A DNA stretch of 24,309 bases, from assembly GCA_947496835.1 (NCBI GenBank), contig CANMFV010000001.1, positions 1-24,309 on the forward strand, written 5' to 3'. A program made the translations under genes and the position numbers. Source of the stretch: Flavobacteriales bacterium (GTDB taxonomy: Bacteria; Bacteroidota; Bacteroidia; Flavobacteriales_D; Crocinitomicaceae). This document shows positions 1 to 8,190 of the stretch, piece after piece. Below the pieces are notes generated by a model. The model was not told the DNA's origin. It ran no database searches and was given only the letters and a program-made list of their open reading frames with translations. Within the stretch, counting starts at the first letter, position 1, and each line of letters opens with the position of its first letter.

Positions 1-286
1 ACGTGGTATGAGCACAGGTCTTAATCGAATACGTTCCAGATGCTGTATACGTATGAGCAGCATGTCCATCAGTTGTCTCTACTACCGTAGAATCGTTGTT
101 GTGATAAAATGTAACGGTGTAGAAATTTGCGTTTTCCGCTGTAGCGTGTAGGTCAACCAAACCACCTGTCGTTGTGATGGATGTCACCAAATTAGTTGGT
201 AAAGTAACAGCTGGAGGTTTGTTTTTATCGCAGCCTGCAAGTCCAGCAAAAACGAAAATAATTAGGTGATGAATGCTCATAATCAT
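1..286 (-). CDS. PKD-like domain lipoprotein, 3' end truncated by the window edge (possibly the N-terminus of a GH16 or SusE-like PUL protein)
   Basis: Manual translation from ATG 286 (alternative 280): MIMSIHHLIIFVFAGLAGCDKNKPPAVTLPTNLVTSITTTGGLVDLHATAENANFYTVTFYHNNDSTVVETTDGHAAHTYTASGTYSIKTCAHTT. It has an LAGC lipobox and a PKD-type HTYxxxGTY motif, and stays open to position 1. Absent from the ORF track because there is no stop in the window. Confidence 0.8.
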   Translation of the reverse strand, partial: MIMSIHHLIIFVFAGLAGCDKNKPPAVTLPTNLVTSITTTGGLVDLHATAENANFYTVTFYHNNDSTVVETTDGHAAHTYTASGTYSIKTCAHTT

Positions 287-290
287 TATT

Positions 291-1142
291 TTATTCAGTT
301 TTCAGGCGAAGATACCAATTGAAACCGCCTGCGTGATGTTTGTACTGTAAAGATAGGGTGGAGTCAGTGATATCCAATATTTTATAGGTATTTACTCCGG
401 TATAAAATCCAATGAAAGCATTATTGGAAATGGTGATCGTTGTATCAGCATTTTCAAGTAGTGTCCAAGACTCGTCTATTTGATCAGCATATGGAGCAGT
501 GTAATCAAGAAGGTTTTGAAAAGAACCTGGGAAATTAGCAGATAATGTGTTGTGTACATACACATCACCATTATTGATCATGTCGAATTTGAAGCCGTTT
601 AAGTGGAAAACGTATTTATCTCCGTACAATCCTACGCCGGATTTGTCTAATCCACCTGCGGACCACCATTCAGGAACATCACCTAATGGACTCGCTGGAT
701 CAGGACCAACACCCATGTGTCCATCAGCAGTAGAATCAATGACCCACGTTTTGAAACCAGGCCCATTAACTCCTCCAGTTAACATGATGAAAATAGGATT
801 ATTCAAAAGTCCAAGATTATCTTGTGCAATGGTAATATCTTGCGTAGAGCTTTTGCTACCACCTGAAGAAAACACCGTTAATTTTACCGTATATGTCCCT
901 GCATATGGATAGGGAGAACTAACGGAAGCACCTTTAGCTTTTGTACCATTTCCAAAATCCCAAAGACATTGAATATTTGGATTATTTGCCGTAAACTCAA
1001 TGATGTTTGCATTACTCGCAGAAGCAGAATAAGTAAAAGCTGCATCTGCATCAGTAGGTGCTGCACCTAATTGCGGATTGTCTTTTTTACAAGCAAAAAG
1101 TAATGTTAAAATGCTTGCTGAAAATAGTAGTTTCATTTTCAT
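291..1142 (-). CDS. PKD-domain surface lipoprotein (SusE/F-like glycan-binding accessory protein of the PUL)
   Basis: The ORF track starts at TTG 1178 inside susD; ATG 1142 (MKMKLLFSASILTLLFAC) gives a clean lipobox. PKD motifs WDFGNG and YPYAGTYTVKLTV; aromatic-rich C-terminal domain; lies directly after susD. Confidence 0.85.
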   Translation of the reverse strand: MKMKLLFSASILTLLFACKKDNPQLGAAPTDADAAFTYSASASNANIIEFTANNPNIQCLWDFGNGTKAKGASVSSPYPYAGTYTVKLTVFSSGGSKSSTQDITIAQDNLGLLNNPIFIMLTGGVNGPGFKTWVIDSTADGHMGVGPDPASPLGDVPEWWSAGGLDKSGVGLYGDKYVFHLNGFKFDMINNGDVYVHNTLSANFPGSFQNLLDYTAPYADQIDESWTLLENADTTITISNNAFIGFYTGVNTYKILDITDSTLSLQYKHHAGGFNWYLRLKTE

Positions 1143-1153
1143 ATTTCTAAATT

Positions 1154-2623
1154 TTAGTAACCTGGGTTTTGTGACCAATTACCACCTGTTAAATCAATTT
1201 CAACTTGAGGAATTGGGAATAATTCGTGTTTACCTGTAATGAAGCCATCAATGTAGGTAGCTGCCTGTCCTGTTCTAACGAGGTCAAAAAAGCGTAGTCC
1301 TTCTCCAGATAGTTCATAGCGACGTTCTCTGTAAATAACATCAATTGAATTTACAGGAATTCCAGGAACACCAGCACGGCCTCTCACTTGATTTACTAAT
1401 TGCTGTGCTGTAGATGATTGTCCAAGTCGGTAATGAGCCTCAGCCGCCATTAAAAGCACATCTGCATAGCGCATAACACGGTAATTTACTGGACTTGTCA
1501 AATCGTTGTCGGGCAAACCGATTTCACCTTGACGTTTGATGTATTTGTTGTTGTAGAAACCTGTATGTCCACCAGCACCAATTGCATACGTAATAGATGC
1601 TGGATTTGGTTGCGTTGCGATGAAAGCATCGATGTCTAAAACAGTAGCAGCACGACGTCCGTCAATGCTACTAAACGCATCGTATAATTCTTGCGTTGGT
1701 AAGTTGTAGCTGTTTCCGTCTCCATAAACTGGACCATTGTATTGACGAATCCCTTGGAATCCAACAGCTGCGTTACCTTCCAGGCAAATTAAACACCCGT
1801 AACTTCCGCCTTCTAAACCAGAGTATTGTACGTCAAATACTGTCTCTGCATTGTTTTCATTTGCAACAGAAAACAAGTCTACGTAACTTGGAGTTAGGCT
1901 GTAACTTCCGCTTGCAATGACTTCGTCAAACGTTGCTGCAGCTTCTGTAAATTTATTTTGGTAGAGGTATACTTTTCCAAGGAAAGACAAAGCTGCACCT
2001 TTTGTTGCTCTCCCTTTTTGACTTGCAACAGAGTTCAATACGGCAGATGCTTCTTGTAAATCTTTTTCGATTTGAGCATATACTTCCGATTTAGGTGAAC
2101 GTTCAATTTGAAGTGCTTCTTCAATACCGATTCTTCTGTCGATGATTAATGGAACATCTCCAAAGTATTTCACTAATTCAAAGTAGTAGTATGCGCGAAG
2201 AAATTTCGCTTCGGCGAGGATGTGTGCTTTTCCTGGAAAATCGATGTTGTCTTTGTTTTCTAGGATGTAGTTTGCACGTGTTAAACCAGTGTAATTCCAA
2301 CGAAAAACGTTTCTAAGTTCAACGTTCACTCCGCCGTGTGTCATGTTATCGATCTGATGTAGTCCAGGCGAATCATTGACGCTTTCACCACCTGCGATAG
2401 CATTATCCGAAGCAATTTCTCCAATCCACATGGTTAAGAAGGATGCTTGCAGCATGTCATATGCACCGGTTAATGCGCGGTCATAATCTTCCGGAGTTTT
2501 AAAGAAATTCTCCACATCTTGTGTGTACGGAGGGTCAACAGAAAGGAACTTGTCACACGCTGTTTGTGAAAGCGACAGGATAACTAGTCCTGTAATGATT
2601 AGTGATTTTTGAATTAGTCTCAT
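1154..2623 (-). CDS. susD: RagB/SusD family glycan-binding outer-membrane lipoprotein
   Basis: Lipoprotein signal ending QTAC; SusD motifs AEAKFLRAYYYFELVKYFGDVP, GRATKGAA, RYADVLLMAAEA, ERRYELSGEGLRFFDLVR; lies directly after susC. Confidence 0.96.
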   Translation of the reverse strand: MRLIQKSLIITGLVILSLSQTACDKFLSVDPPYTQDVENFFKTPEDYDRALTGAYDMLQASFLTMWIGEIASDNAIAGGESVNDSPGLHQIDNMTHGGVNVELRNVFRWNYTGLTRANYILENKDNIDFPGKAHILAEAKFLRAYYYFELVKYFGDVPLIIDRRIGIEEALQIERSPKSEVYAQIEKDLQEASAVLNSVASQKGRATKGAALSFLGKVYLYQNKFTEAAATFDEVIASGSYSLTPSYVDLFSVANENNAETVFDVQYSGLEGGSYGCLICLEGNAAVGFQGIRQYNGPVYGDGNSYNLPTQELYDAFSSIDGRRAATVLDIDAFIATQPNPASITYAIGAGGHTGFYNNKYIKRQGEIGLPDNDLTSPVNYRVMRYADVLLMAAEAHYRLGQSSTAQQLVNQVRGRAGVPGIPVNSIDVIYRERRYELSGEGLRFFDLVRTGQAATYIDGFITGKHELFPIPQVEIDLTGGNWSQNPGY

Positions 2624-2626
2624 CGT

Positions 2627-5600
2627 TTAGAATTTTAATTGAATACCACCCATGAATGTTTTTGCTTGCGGATAAAATCCGTAGTCTACTCCTGCAGAAA
2701 GCGCACCTGATGAACCTAGGTCTGGGTCGAATCCTTGGTAACGCGTCAAAGTAAACAGATTATTAGCAGATAAATAGATGCGGAATGAATCCACTTTGAT
2801 TTTCTTTAATTTGGCTGTAGAGAAACTGTAACCAAGTTGAACGTTTTTCAGGCGAGCAAATGATCCATCTTCTACGTAGTAAGAAGAGAACAAATTATTG
2901 CGTGTAGCCTCTGTTGTGACACGTGGATTTTCATTTGTAGATCCTTCTCCTGTCCAGCGGTCAACCATGTATCCTAATTGATTAGCGTATGGTTGTTGGC
3001 GCTCGTAGTTACGAATGATTTCTTGTCCGATTGCTGAATAAAGCATCCCTGAAAGGTCAAACGCTTTGTAGCGAACGTTGAAAGAGAATCCGAAAGTGAA
3101 GTCTGGAATGGCAGATCCCAAATACGTTTTGTCGGAATCATTGTTGAAGTTAATGACGCCATCACCGTTTTGATCAACAAAGATTAAGTCACCCGGTTTC
3201 GCTCCGTCTTGCACAACGGGCGAGGCATCAATTTGCTCTTGTGTTTGGTAGATTCCAGCTGTTTCGTACCCAAAGAAATATCCGATTTCGTATCCTTCTT
3301 GAAAACGAGTCGCGATATCACCACCCACACTAAATCCAGCTCCTGGAATGTAATCTATACCATCAGGTACTTTTGTAACTTTGTTTGCAATGGTTGTAAC
3401 GTTAAAATTCAAATCAGTGGAGAAATCTTTTTTCTTACGGAAATGGTAGGCAAATTCTAATTCGAGTCCTTTATTAGAAACATTTCCTGCGTTGATTACG
3501 GGAGGATATCCACCGGGCCCATAAGACCCAATGATCCCTGTTACGTCTGGTTGGAACAGTAAGTCAAATGTATTTTTGATAAAATAATTGGTCGTGAAGT
3601 CTAAATTTTTCCAGAATGTAAAGTCAGCACCGATGTTCAATTGACGCGTCGTTTCCCATTTCAAATCTGGGTTAGATGGACGTCCAATCGCAACTCCTTG
3701 GGTGATAACATCGTCGAAAACGTAAACTCCTTCTCCGTTTAATAGTCCACGGTAGGCGAAGTTAGGAATTTGGTCATTCCCAGAAACACCGTAGCTAATG
3801 CGAAGTTTCGCGTAGTCGATGAACTTCACTTTAAAGAATGATTCTTCAGACATTAACCAACCTGCCGATGCTGTAGGAAAGATACCATAGCGACTATTTG
3901 GACCGAATTTGCTTGAACCATCGCGTCTAACGATTCCAGAGAACATGTATTTTTCTTTATAACTATATTCTGCGCGCAAGAACGAGGAAACTAGGCGTTC
4001 TGTAAACTCCCAAGACCCTACATTGTTTAAGTACCCGCCTTGTGCTGTGTTAGCTGAAATATCTGCGAATTCAACGGAATTATTTGGAATACCGAATGCA
4101 GTTCCGTTGATGGAACTTCCTTCTCTTTGGAAGATGGAAATACCAGCTGTACCTTTGATTTTGTGCACTTCTGCAAATGTTTTTTCGTAGTTTAAGAAAC
4201 TTTCATACGTTAGGTCAACGAATGTTGAGCGCTCTTCATATACAGCAGCTCCGCGTTCGATTTCTACTCCTGGCGCAAGTTCTACAGTTGGTGATTCAAG
4301 GTCGTCGTTAAGCGCTGTGTTCGCATATTTCCCGTCTCCGTACCAAACGAGCGGAGAGAATACTTTACCGTCTACGAAAGCTACATTGTAGTTGAATCGA
4401 TTTGTAAAGGATAAATGTTCATTAAATTCATATACAAACTCCTCTTTTCCAACAATTTTGTTTGCTTTGTTCCAGTTGTATTGGTTTTGCATTTGTGCAA
4501 TTGGATTAATGATATCACTCACTTCTTCCATGTAAGAGAATTGACCATTTGGTTTACGAATGGGAACTGTCGGAAATGCATTAATGGTATTGTATAATAC
4601 AGAACCGATTCCATTTTCTGGTAATGTGCTGCGTGAATCGTTGGAATAAAGTAAAACGGAGTTTAATTTCAGTTTTGTGGACATGTCTGTACTGAAATTC
4701 AAACGTGCGTTGTAACGAGAGAAATTCGATTTAGGACCACCAACGATACCATCTTGATTAAAGTATCCTAAAGCGATGGAATAACGTGTATTCAATGTTC
4801 CTCCACTGATGCTTAAGTTGTGGCTTTGAATTGGCGCAGTTTGAAAGACAGAATCTTGCCATGGTGTACCAACACCCAGATTAGTATTGTTAAAAGGCAT
4901 GTTTTGTCCGCCCATTGCAAACATCTCATTTTTAATGACTGCATATTCTTCAGCAGTTAATAAGTCAAGTTTTCTTGACGTTTGTTGTTGTCCCCAAAAA
5001 GCATTGTATTCCACTTGAGGTTTGCTATTGATGTTTCCTTTTTTCGTTTCAACGATGATCACCCCATTTGCTGCTCGAACACCGTAAATACCTGCAGTTG
5101 CATCTTTTAGAACGTTAATTGATTTGATGTCAGATGGATTCAAGGCATTCAATCCTTCAGAATCATACACAACTCCATCCACCAAAATTAATGGGTCATT
5201 ATCACCAAACGTAGATAAACCACGAATTCGAATATTCGAAGAACCACCTGGCGAACCAGAGTTTGTTGCGATGTTTACCCCGGCAACTTGTCCTTGTAAA
5301 GCTTGGTCAACTCGAGCTACGCTCATTTTTTCAATGTTTTCACCGTTTACTTTGGATGTAGCACCGGTTACTTCTTTGCTTTTGGCCGTTCCATATCCAA
5401 CGACAACCTCTTGTTGGTTGTTTATGAGTTCGACAAGAACGATATCTAGTGTATTTCGTCCATCTATTTTTACTTCCTGTTTTTCAAAACCAATTAAGTT
5501 AAACAAGAGGATAGAATTGGAGGCATCACTCACTTTTATGCGGTAAAATCCAGTTCCATCAGTTGTTACACCGGTTGTAACTCCTTTGACCTGAACTTTA

Positions 5601-5719
5601 ACAAACGGTAATCCGACGTTTAGTTCGCTTTTTACGAATCCAGCGACCGTCATTTCTTGAGAAAATGCAAGTCCACTTACTCCAATAAATAGCAGTTGAA
5701 TGAATAGTTTTTTAATCAT
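2627..5719 (-). CDS. susC: SusC/RagA family TonB-dependent transporter
   Basis: 1030 aa; signal peptide followed by Gln; EVVVGYG, plug motifs IRIRG and DIKSINVLKDATAGIYGVRAANGVIIVETKKG; RRDGSSKFG, NPDLKWET; C-terminal Phe. Confidence 0.97.
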   Translation of the reverse strand: MIKKLFIQLLFIGVSGLAFSQEMTVAGFVKSELNVGLPFVKVQVKGVTTGVTTDGTGFYRIKVSDASNSILLFNLIGFEKQEVKIDGRNTLDIVLVELINNQQEVVVGYGTAKSKEVTGATSKVNGENIEKMSVARVDQALQGQVAGVNIATNSGSPGGSSNIRIRGLSTFGDNDPLILVDGVVYDSEGLNALNPSDIKSINVLKDATAGIYGVRAANGVIIVETKKGNINSKPQVEYNAFWGQQQTSRKLDLLTAEEYAVIKNEMFAMGGQNMPFNNTNLGVGTPWQDSVFQTAPIQSHNLSISGGTLNTRYSIALGYFNQDGIVGGPKSNFSRYNARLNFSTDMSTKLKLNSVLLYSNDSRSTLPENGIGSVLYNTINAFPTVPIRKPNGQFSYMEEVSDIINPIAQMQNQYNWNKANKIVGKEEFVYEFNEHLSFTNRFNYNVAFVDGKVFSPLVWYGDGKYANTALNDDLESPTVELAPGVEIERGAAVYEERSTFVDLTYESFLNYEKTFAEVHKIKGTAGISIFQREGSSINGTAFGIPNNSVEFADISANTAQGGYLNNVGSWEFTERLVSSFLRAEYSYKEKYMFSGIVRRDGSSKFGPNSRYGIFPTASAGWLMSEESFFKVKFIDYAKLRISYGVSGNDQIPNFAYRGLLNGEGVYVFDDVITQGVAIGRPSNPDLKWETTRQLNIGADFTFWKNLDFTTNYFIKNTFDLLFQPDVTGIIGSYGPGGYPPVINAGNVSNKGLELEFAYHFRKKKDFSTDLNFNVTTIANKVTKVPDGIDYIPGAGFSVGGDIATRFQEGYEIGYFFGYETAGIYQTQEQIDASPVVQDGAKPGDLIFVDQNGDGVINFNNDSDKTYLGSAIPDFTFGFSFNVRYKAFDLSGMLYSAIGQEIIRNYERQQPYANQLGYMVDRWTGEGSTNENPRVTTEATRNNLFSSYYVEDGSFARLKNVQLGYSFSTAKLKKIKVDSFRIYLSANNLFTLTRYQGFDPDLGSSGALSAGVDYGFYPQAKTFMGGIQLKF

Positions 5720-5759
5720 TTTAGCTTAGTTAGTTTCGTAAATATAAAAATATTATCAA

Positions 5760-5780
5760 TTATTGTAAAAAGAACAATAA
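5760..5780. promoter_or_regulatory. NrtR-type operator box 1 (TTATTGT-AAAAAGA-ACAATAA) upstream of susC
   Basis: Perfect 7-7-7 inverted repeat, 21 bp, with the GT-N7-AC core known for NrtR boxes; 41 nt upstream of the susC ATG. Confidence 0.8.
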
Positions 5781-5802
5781 CTTTTTTTTAAATCTCTACT
5801 CC

Positions 5803-5829
5803 AAAAAAAAAGAGGCCGGAGCCTCTTTT
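5803..5829 (-). terminator. Intrinsic terminator
   Basis: Minus strand reads AAAAGAGGC-TCCG-GCCTCTTTTTTTTT: GC stem, tetraloop and a 9-T tail. A shorter T tail on the plus strand could make it bidirectional. Confidence 0.85.
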
Positions 5830-5888
5830 ACTAAGTATTTAACCATTGACTATGCAAAATGTTCGCTAGTACATGGTAAATATATAAA

Positions 5889-5909
5889 TAATTGTACATT
5901 ATACAATAA
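5889..5909. promoter_or_regulatory. NrtR-type operator box 3 (TAATTGT-ACATTAT-ACAATAA) overlapping a candidate promoter
   Basis: One mismatch to boxes 1 and 2. On the minus strand, TTG (5906-5904) lies 19 nt upstream of a -7-like TATATTTA (5884-5877). Confidence 0.7.
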
Positions 5910-5925
5910 GTATTTATTTTATTTT

Positions 5926-6627
5926 TTACATTTTGAAAGTGTATCGATTTTGTTCGATCCCTTCGAAGTAGGCGATTTTATCGAAGGAGAAAAGTTTTGC
6001 TGGACGATGTTTAACATTTTGTTGTTTTTCATCATGAGCAATCAGAGGGATGTGTTTTATTTTCTTTCTAAAATTCGCTTTGTCAAAAGCTTGTTCAAAG
6101 GCAAATTCATACAATTGTTGAAATTCATTCAGGGTAAAACGCTCTGGAAGTACATCGAAACAAATGGGTTCGTTTTGTAGTTTTAATTTGAGCATTTCAT
6201 ACGTACTTGAAAGTATGTGGTTGTGGTCAAAGGCTAAATCTGGCATGTTTTTCAGTGAAACCCATTGTACATCTCCTGCCCAAGAAGAAGCCTTTACTTC
6301 AAAATCCTCGATGCGCAATAAAGCAAAGTAGGAGATTGTGATGACGCGTCCTTGTGGGTGTCTATTGGGTTTTCCGAAGGTTTGAGATTGGTGCATCGCG
6401 ATGTTATTGAGTCCTGTTAACTCAAACAAAACCCGTTCAGCAGCTTGTTCCAAATCCTCGTCTGGATAAATCAAATCACCGGGTATCGCCCAGAGATTTT
6501 CAAATGGCTGCATGGCTCTTTTGATTAAAAGGGCTTTAATCTCACCATCTGAATAACCAAAGAGTATACAATCCACGGAAAATGCCGAGGTGAAAAAATC
6601 ATTAAAATCAATGCGATACATGCTCAC
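5926..6627 (-). CDS. NrtR/AraR-family transcriptional regulator (Nudix-fold sensor plus winged-helix DNA-binding domain)
   Basis: SVDCILFGY, LLIKR, WAIPG, FGKPNRHPQGRVITISYFAL, LAFDHNHIL, FTLNEFQQLYE, DKANFRKKI, HRPAKLF. Start is GTG 6627 or ATG 6621. Confidence 0.92.
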   Translation of the reverse strand: MSMYRIDFNDFFTSAFSVDCILFGYSDGEIKALLIKRAMQPFENLWAIPGDLIYPDEDLEQAAERVLFELTGLNNIAMHQSQTFGKPNRHPQGRVITISYFALLRIEDFEVKASSWAGDVQWVSLKNMPDLAFDHNHILSSTYEMLKLKLQNEPICFDVLPERFTLNEFQQLYEFAFEQAFDKANFRKKIKHIPLIAHDEKQQNVKHRPAKLFSFDKIAYFEGIEQNRYTFKM

Positions 6628-6638
6628 AACAACAAAAT

Positions 6639-8063
6639 TTAATGTCCAGAAACTTTTTCTGAAGAGAAAATATCAACGCCTCTTCTTTGAAGTATTTTAC
6701 TAACACTCCAAGCAAAGAAAACAAGGTAGACAAAGCAAACAACACCAAGCCAGTAGGATTGTTGTATTCCTAAAACGTTGTCGTCAGCTAATGCGCCTTG
6801 TAGGACAGAAATGAATCCACCACCCATAATCATCATGATAAGCAGACTGGATGCCGTGTTGGTGTTTTCACCCATTCCTGCAATGGATAAAGTAAAGATA
6901 CATGGCCACAAGGTGCTACAAAATATCCCAACGGAAATAAACGCAAATACACTGATCATTCCGGAGCTAAATATTCCGATTGCTAGTGCAATAGCCCCAA
7001 GACTAGAGTAGATCATAATTTGTTTCACTGGATTTCCTGCACTTGCATAATCAGCAGCGATTAAAAGGACAACAATTCCTAAATAAGGATATAATTCATT
7101 GATGTCGTTTCCGCCAATGATGTTTGCTCCCGCAAATATTCCGAAAGCAACAAACGGAAGGATAATTCCCAATAGGGTTTTCATGGATTTACTCAAATCG
7201 AAAACTCCTGCAGCTGATGTCCAACGACCGATCATTAAACTTGCCCAATAAAGTGACACAAAAGGAGCGACTGCACCTTCACTTGTCCCCAATTTTTGTT
7301 TCATGAATTCGGGTAAATTACTAACCGTAGCTACTTCCACTCCTACGTAAAGAAAGATAGCGAGCATCCCTAACAAAACTTGGGGGTGACGAAGTGTTTC
7401 CATGATTTTTCCTGCTCCTTCTGAAGAGGACCCTTCGATGCGATCTGGAACGGAAGAAAACTTAAAGAAGATGGCGGCAATGACAAACGCGATTCCCAAA
7501 CAAATGTATGGAGTTTGTACTGCTGCCAAGTTGAGTGTTGTTTCACCTGAGGAAACCCCACCGAAAATCGCAAAAGAAACAATCACAGGTCCAATGGTTG
7601 TTCCAACATTGTTGATTCCACCGGCCATACTTAAGCGGATATTTCCTTTAGATGGATCGCCCATTTGAATTGCAAGGGGATTGGCCGCAATTTGTTGTAA
7701 AGCAAATCCAAGTCCCACAATGAATAATCCTGAAATTAACATGATAAATGAAGCATTGTTGGAAGCAGGAATAAACAATAAGGTTCCAACTGCTGAAATG
7801 ATGAGTCCTAGCGCCAATCCGTTTCTGTAGCCGATTTTATTCAAGATATCTTTTTTCAATAGTGCGGATATGGCAAAATAGAGGATAGATCCAACAGTAT
7901 ACGCAACATAAAACGCAAATGAAATCAACTGTGATTCAAATTGACTTAAGTTTAACGCTTTTTTGAAAACTGGAATTAAAATGTCGTTACTTGCCGCAAC
8001 AAATCCCCAGAAAAAGAAAATAGTGATGAGTGTACCAAAGGCACCGAAATTGGTTTTTTTCAC
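6639..8063 (-). CDS. MFS sugar:H+ symporter, FucP/GluP (glucose/galactose) family
   Basis: FFFWGFVAASNDILIP, ALQQIAANP, GGINNVGTTIGP, LYVGVEV, LYWASLMIGR, IMMIMGGG; about 12 hydrophobic segments; GTG start. Confidence 0.92.
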   Translation of the reverse strand: MKKTNFGAFGTLITIFFFWGFVAASNDILIPVFKKALNLSQFESQLISFAFYVAYTVGSILYFAISALLKKDILNKIGYRNGLALGLIISAVGTLLFIPASNNASFIMLISGLFIVGLGFALQQIAANPLAIQMGDPSKGNIRLSMAGGINNVGTTIGPVIVSFAIFGGVSSGETTLNLAAVQTPYICLGIAFVIAAIFFKFSSVPDRIEGSSSEGAGKIMETLRHPQVLLGMLAIFLYVGVEVATVSNLPEFMKQKLGTSEGAVAPFVSLYWASLMIGRWTSAAGVFDLSKSMKTLLGIILPFVAFGIFAGANIIGGNDINELYPYLGIVVLLIAADYASAGNPVKQIMIYSSLGAIALAIGIFSSGMISVFAFISVGIFCSTLWPCIFTLSIAGMGENTNTASSLLIMMIMGGGFISVLQGALADDNVLGIQQSYWLGVVCFVYLVFFAWSVSKILQRRGVDIFSSEKVSGH

Positions 8064-8078
8064 AAATAAAGATTTAAA

Positions 8079-8099
8079 TTATTGTCCAAATTACAATAA
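8079..8099. promoter_or_regulatory. NrtR-type operator box 2 (TTATTGT-CCAAATT-ACAATAA) upstream of the MFS transporter-regulator operon
   Basis: Perfect palindrome that extends to AATTATTGT-N7-ACAATAATT (8077-8101); 15 nt upstream of the GTG start; arms identical to box 1. Confidence 0.8.
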
Positions 8100-8137
8100 T
8101 TAAAAAAACAGACTGGGTTTTTCAAATTATTTTGGAA

Positions 8138-8145
8138 CGAAAATA
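8138..8145 (-). promoter_or_regulatory. Candidate -7 promoter element (TATTTTCG) for the MFS transporter operon
   Basis: One-mismatch variant of the Bacteroidota TAnnTTTG element in the dxs-MFS intergenic region. Confidence 0.35.
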
Positions 8146-8190
8146 TAAATTAAATGTGAAAAGTGAACGGAATAAGGATTGAAAAGTAAC

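Noticed and set aside
5724-5836. Complementarity between the candidate sRNA (CUUAGU) and the susC leader (ACUAAG)
   Set aside because: Only 6 AU-rich base pairs, expected by chance.
8102-8125. Weak inverted repeat after dxs as a terminator
   Set aside because: The stem is almost entirely A-T with a single G-C pair.
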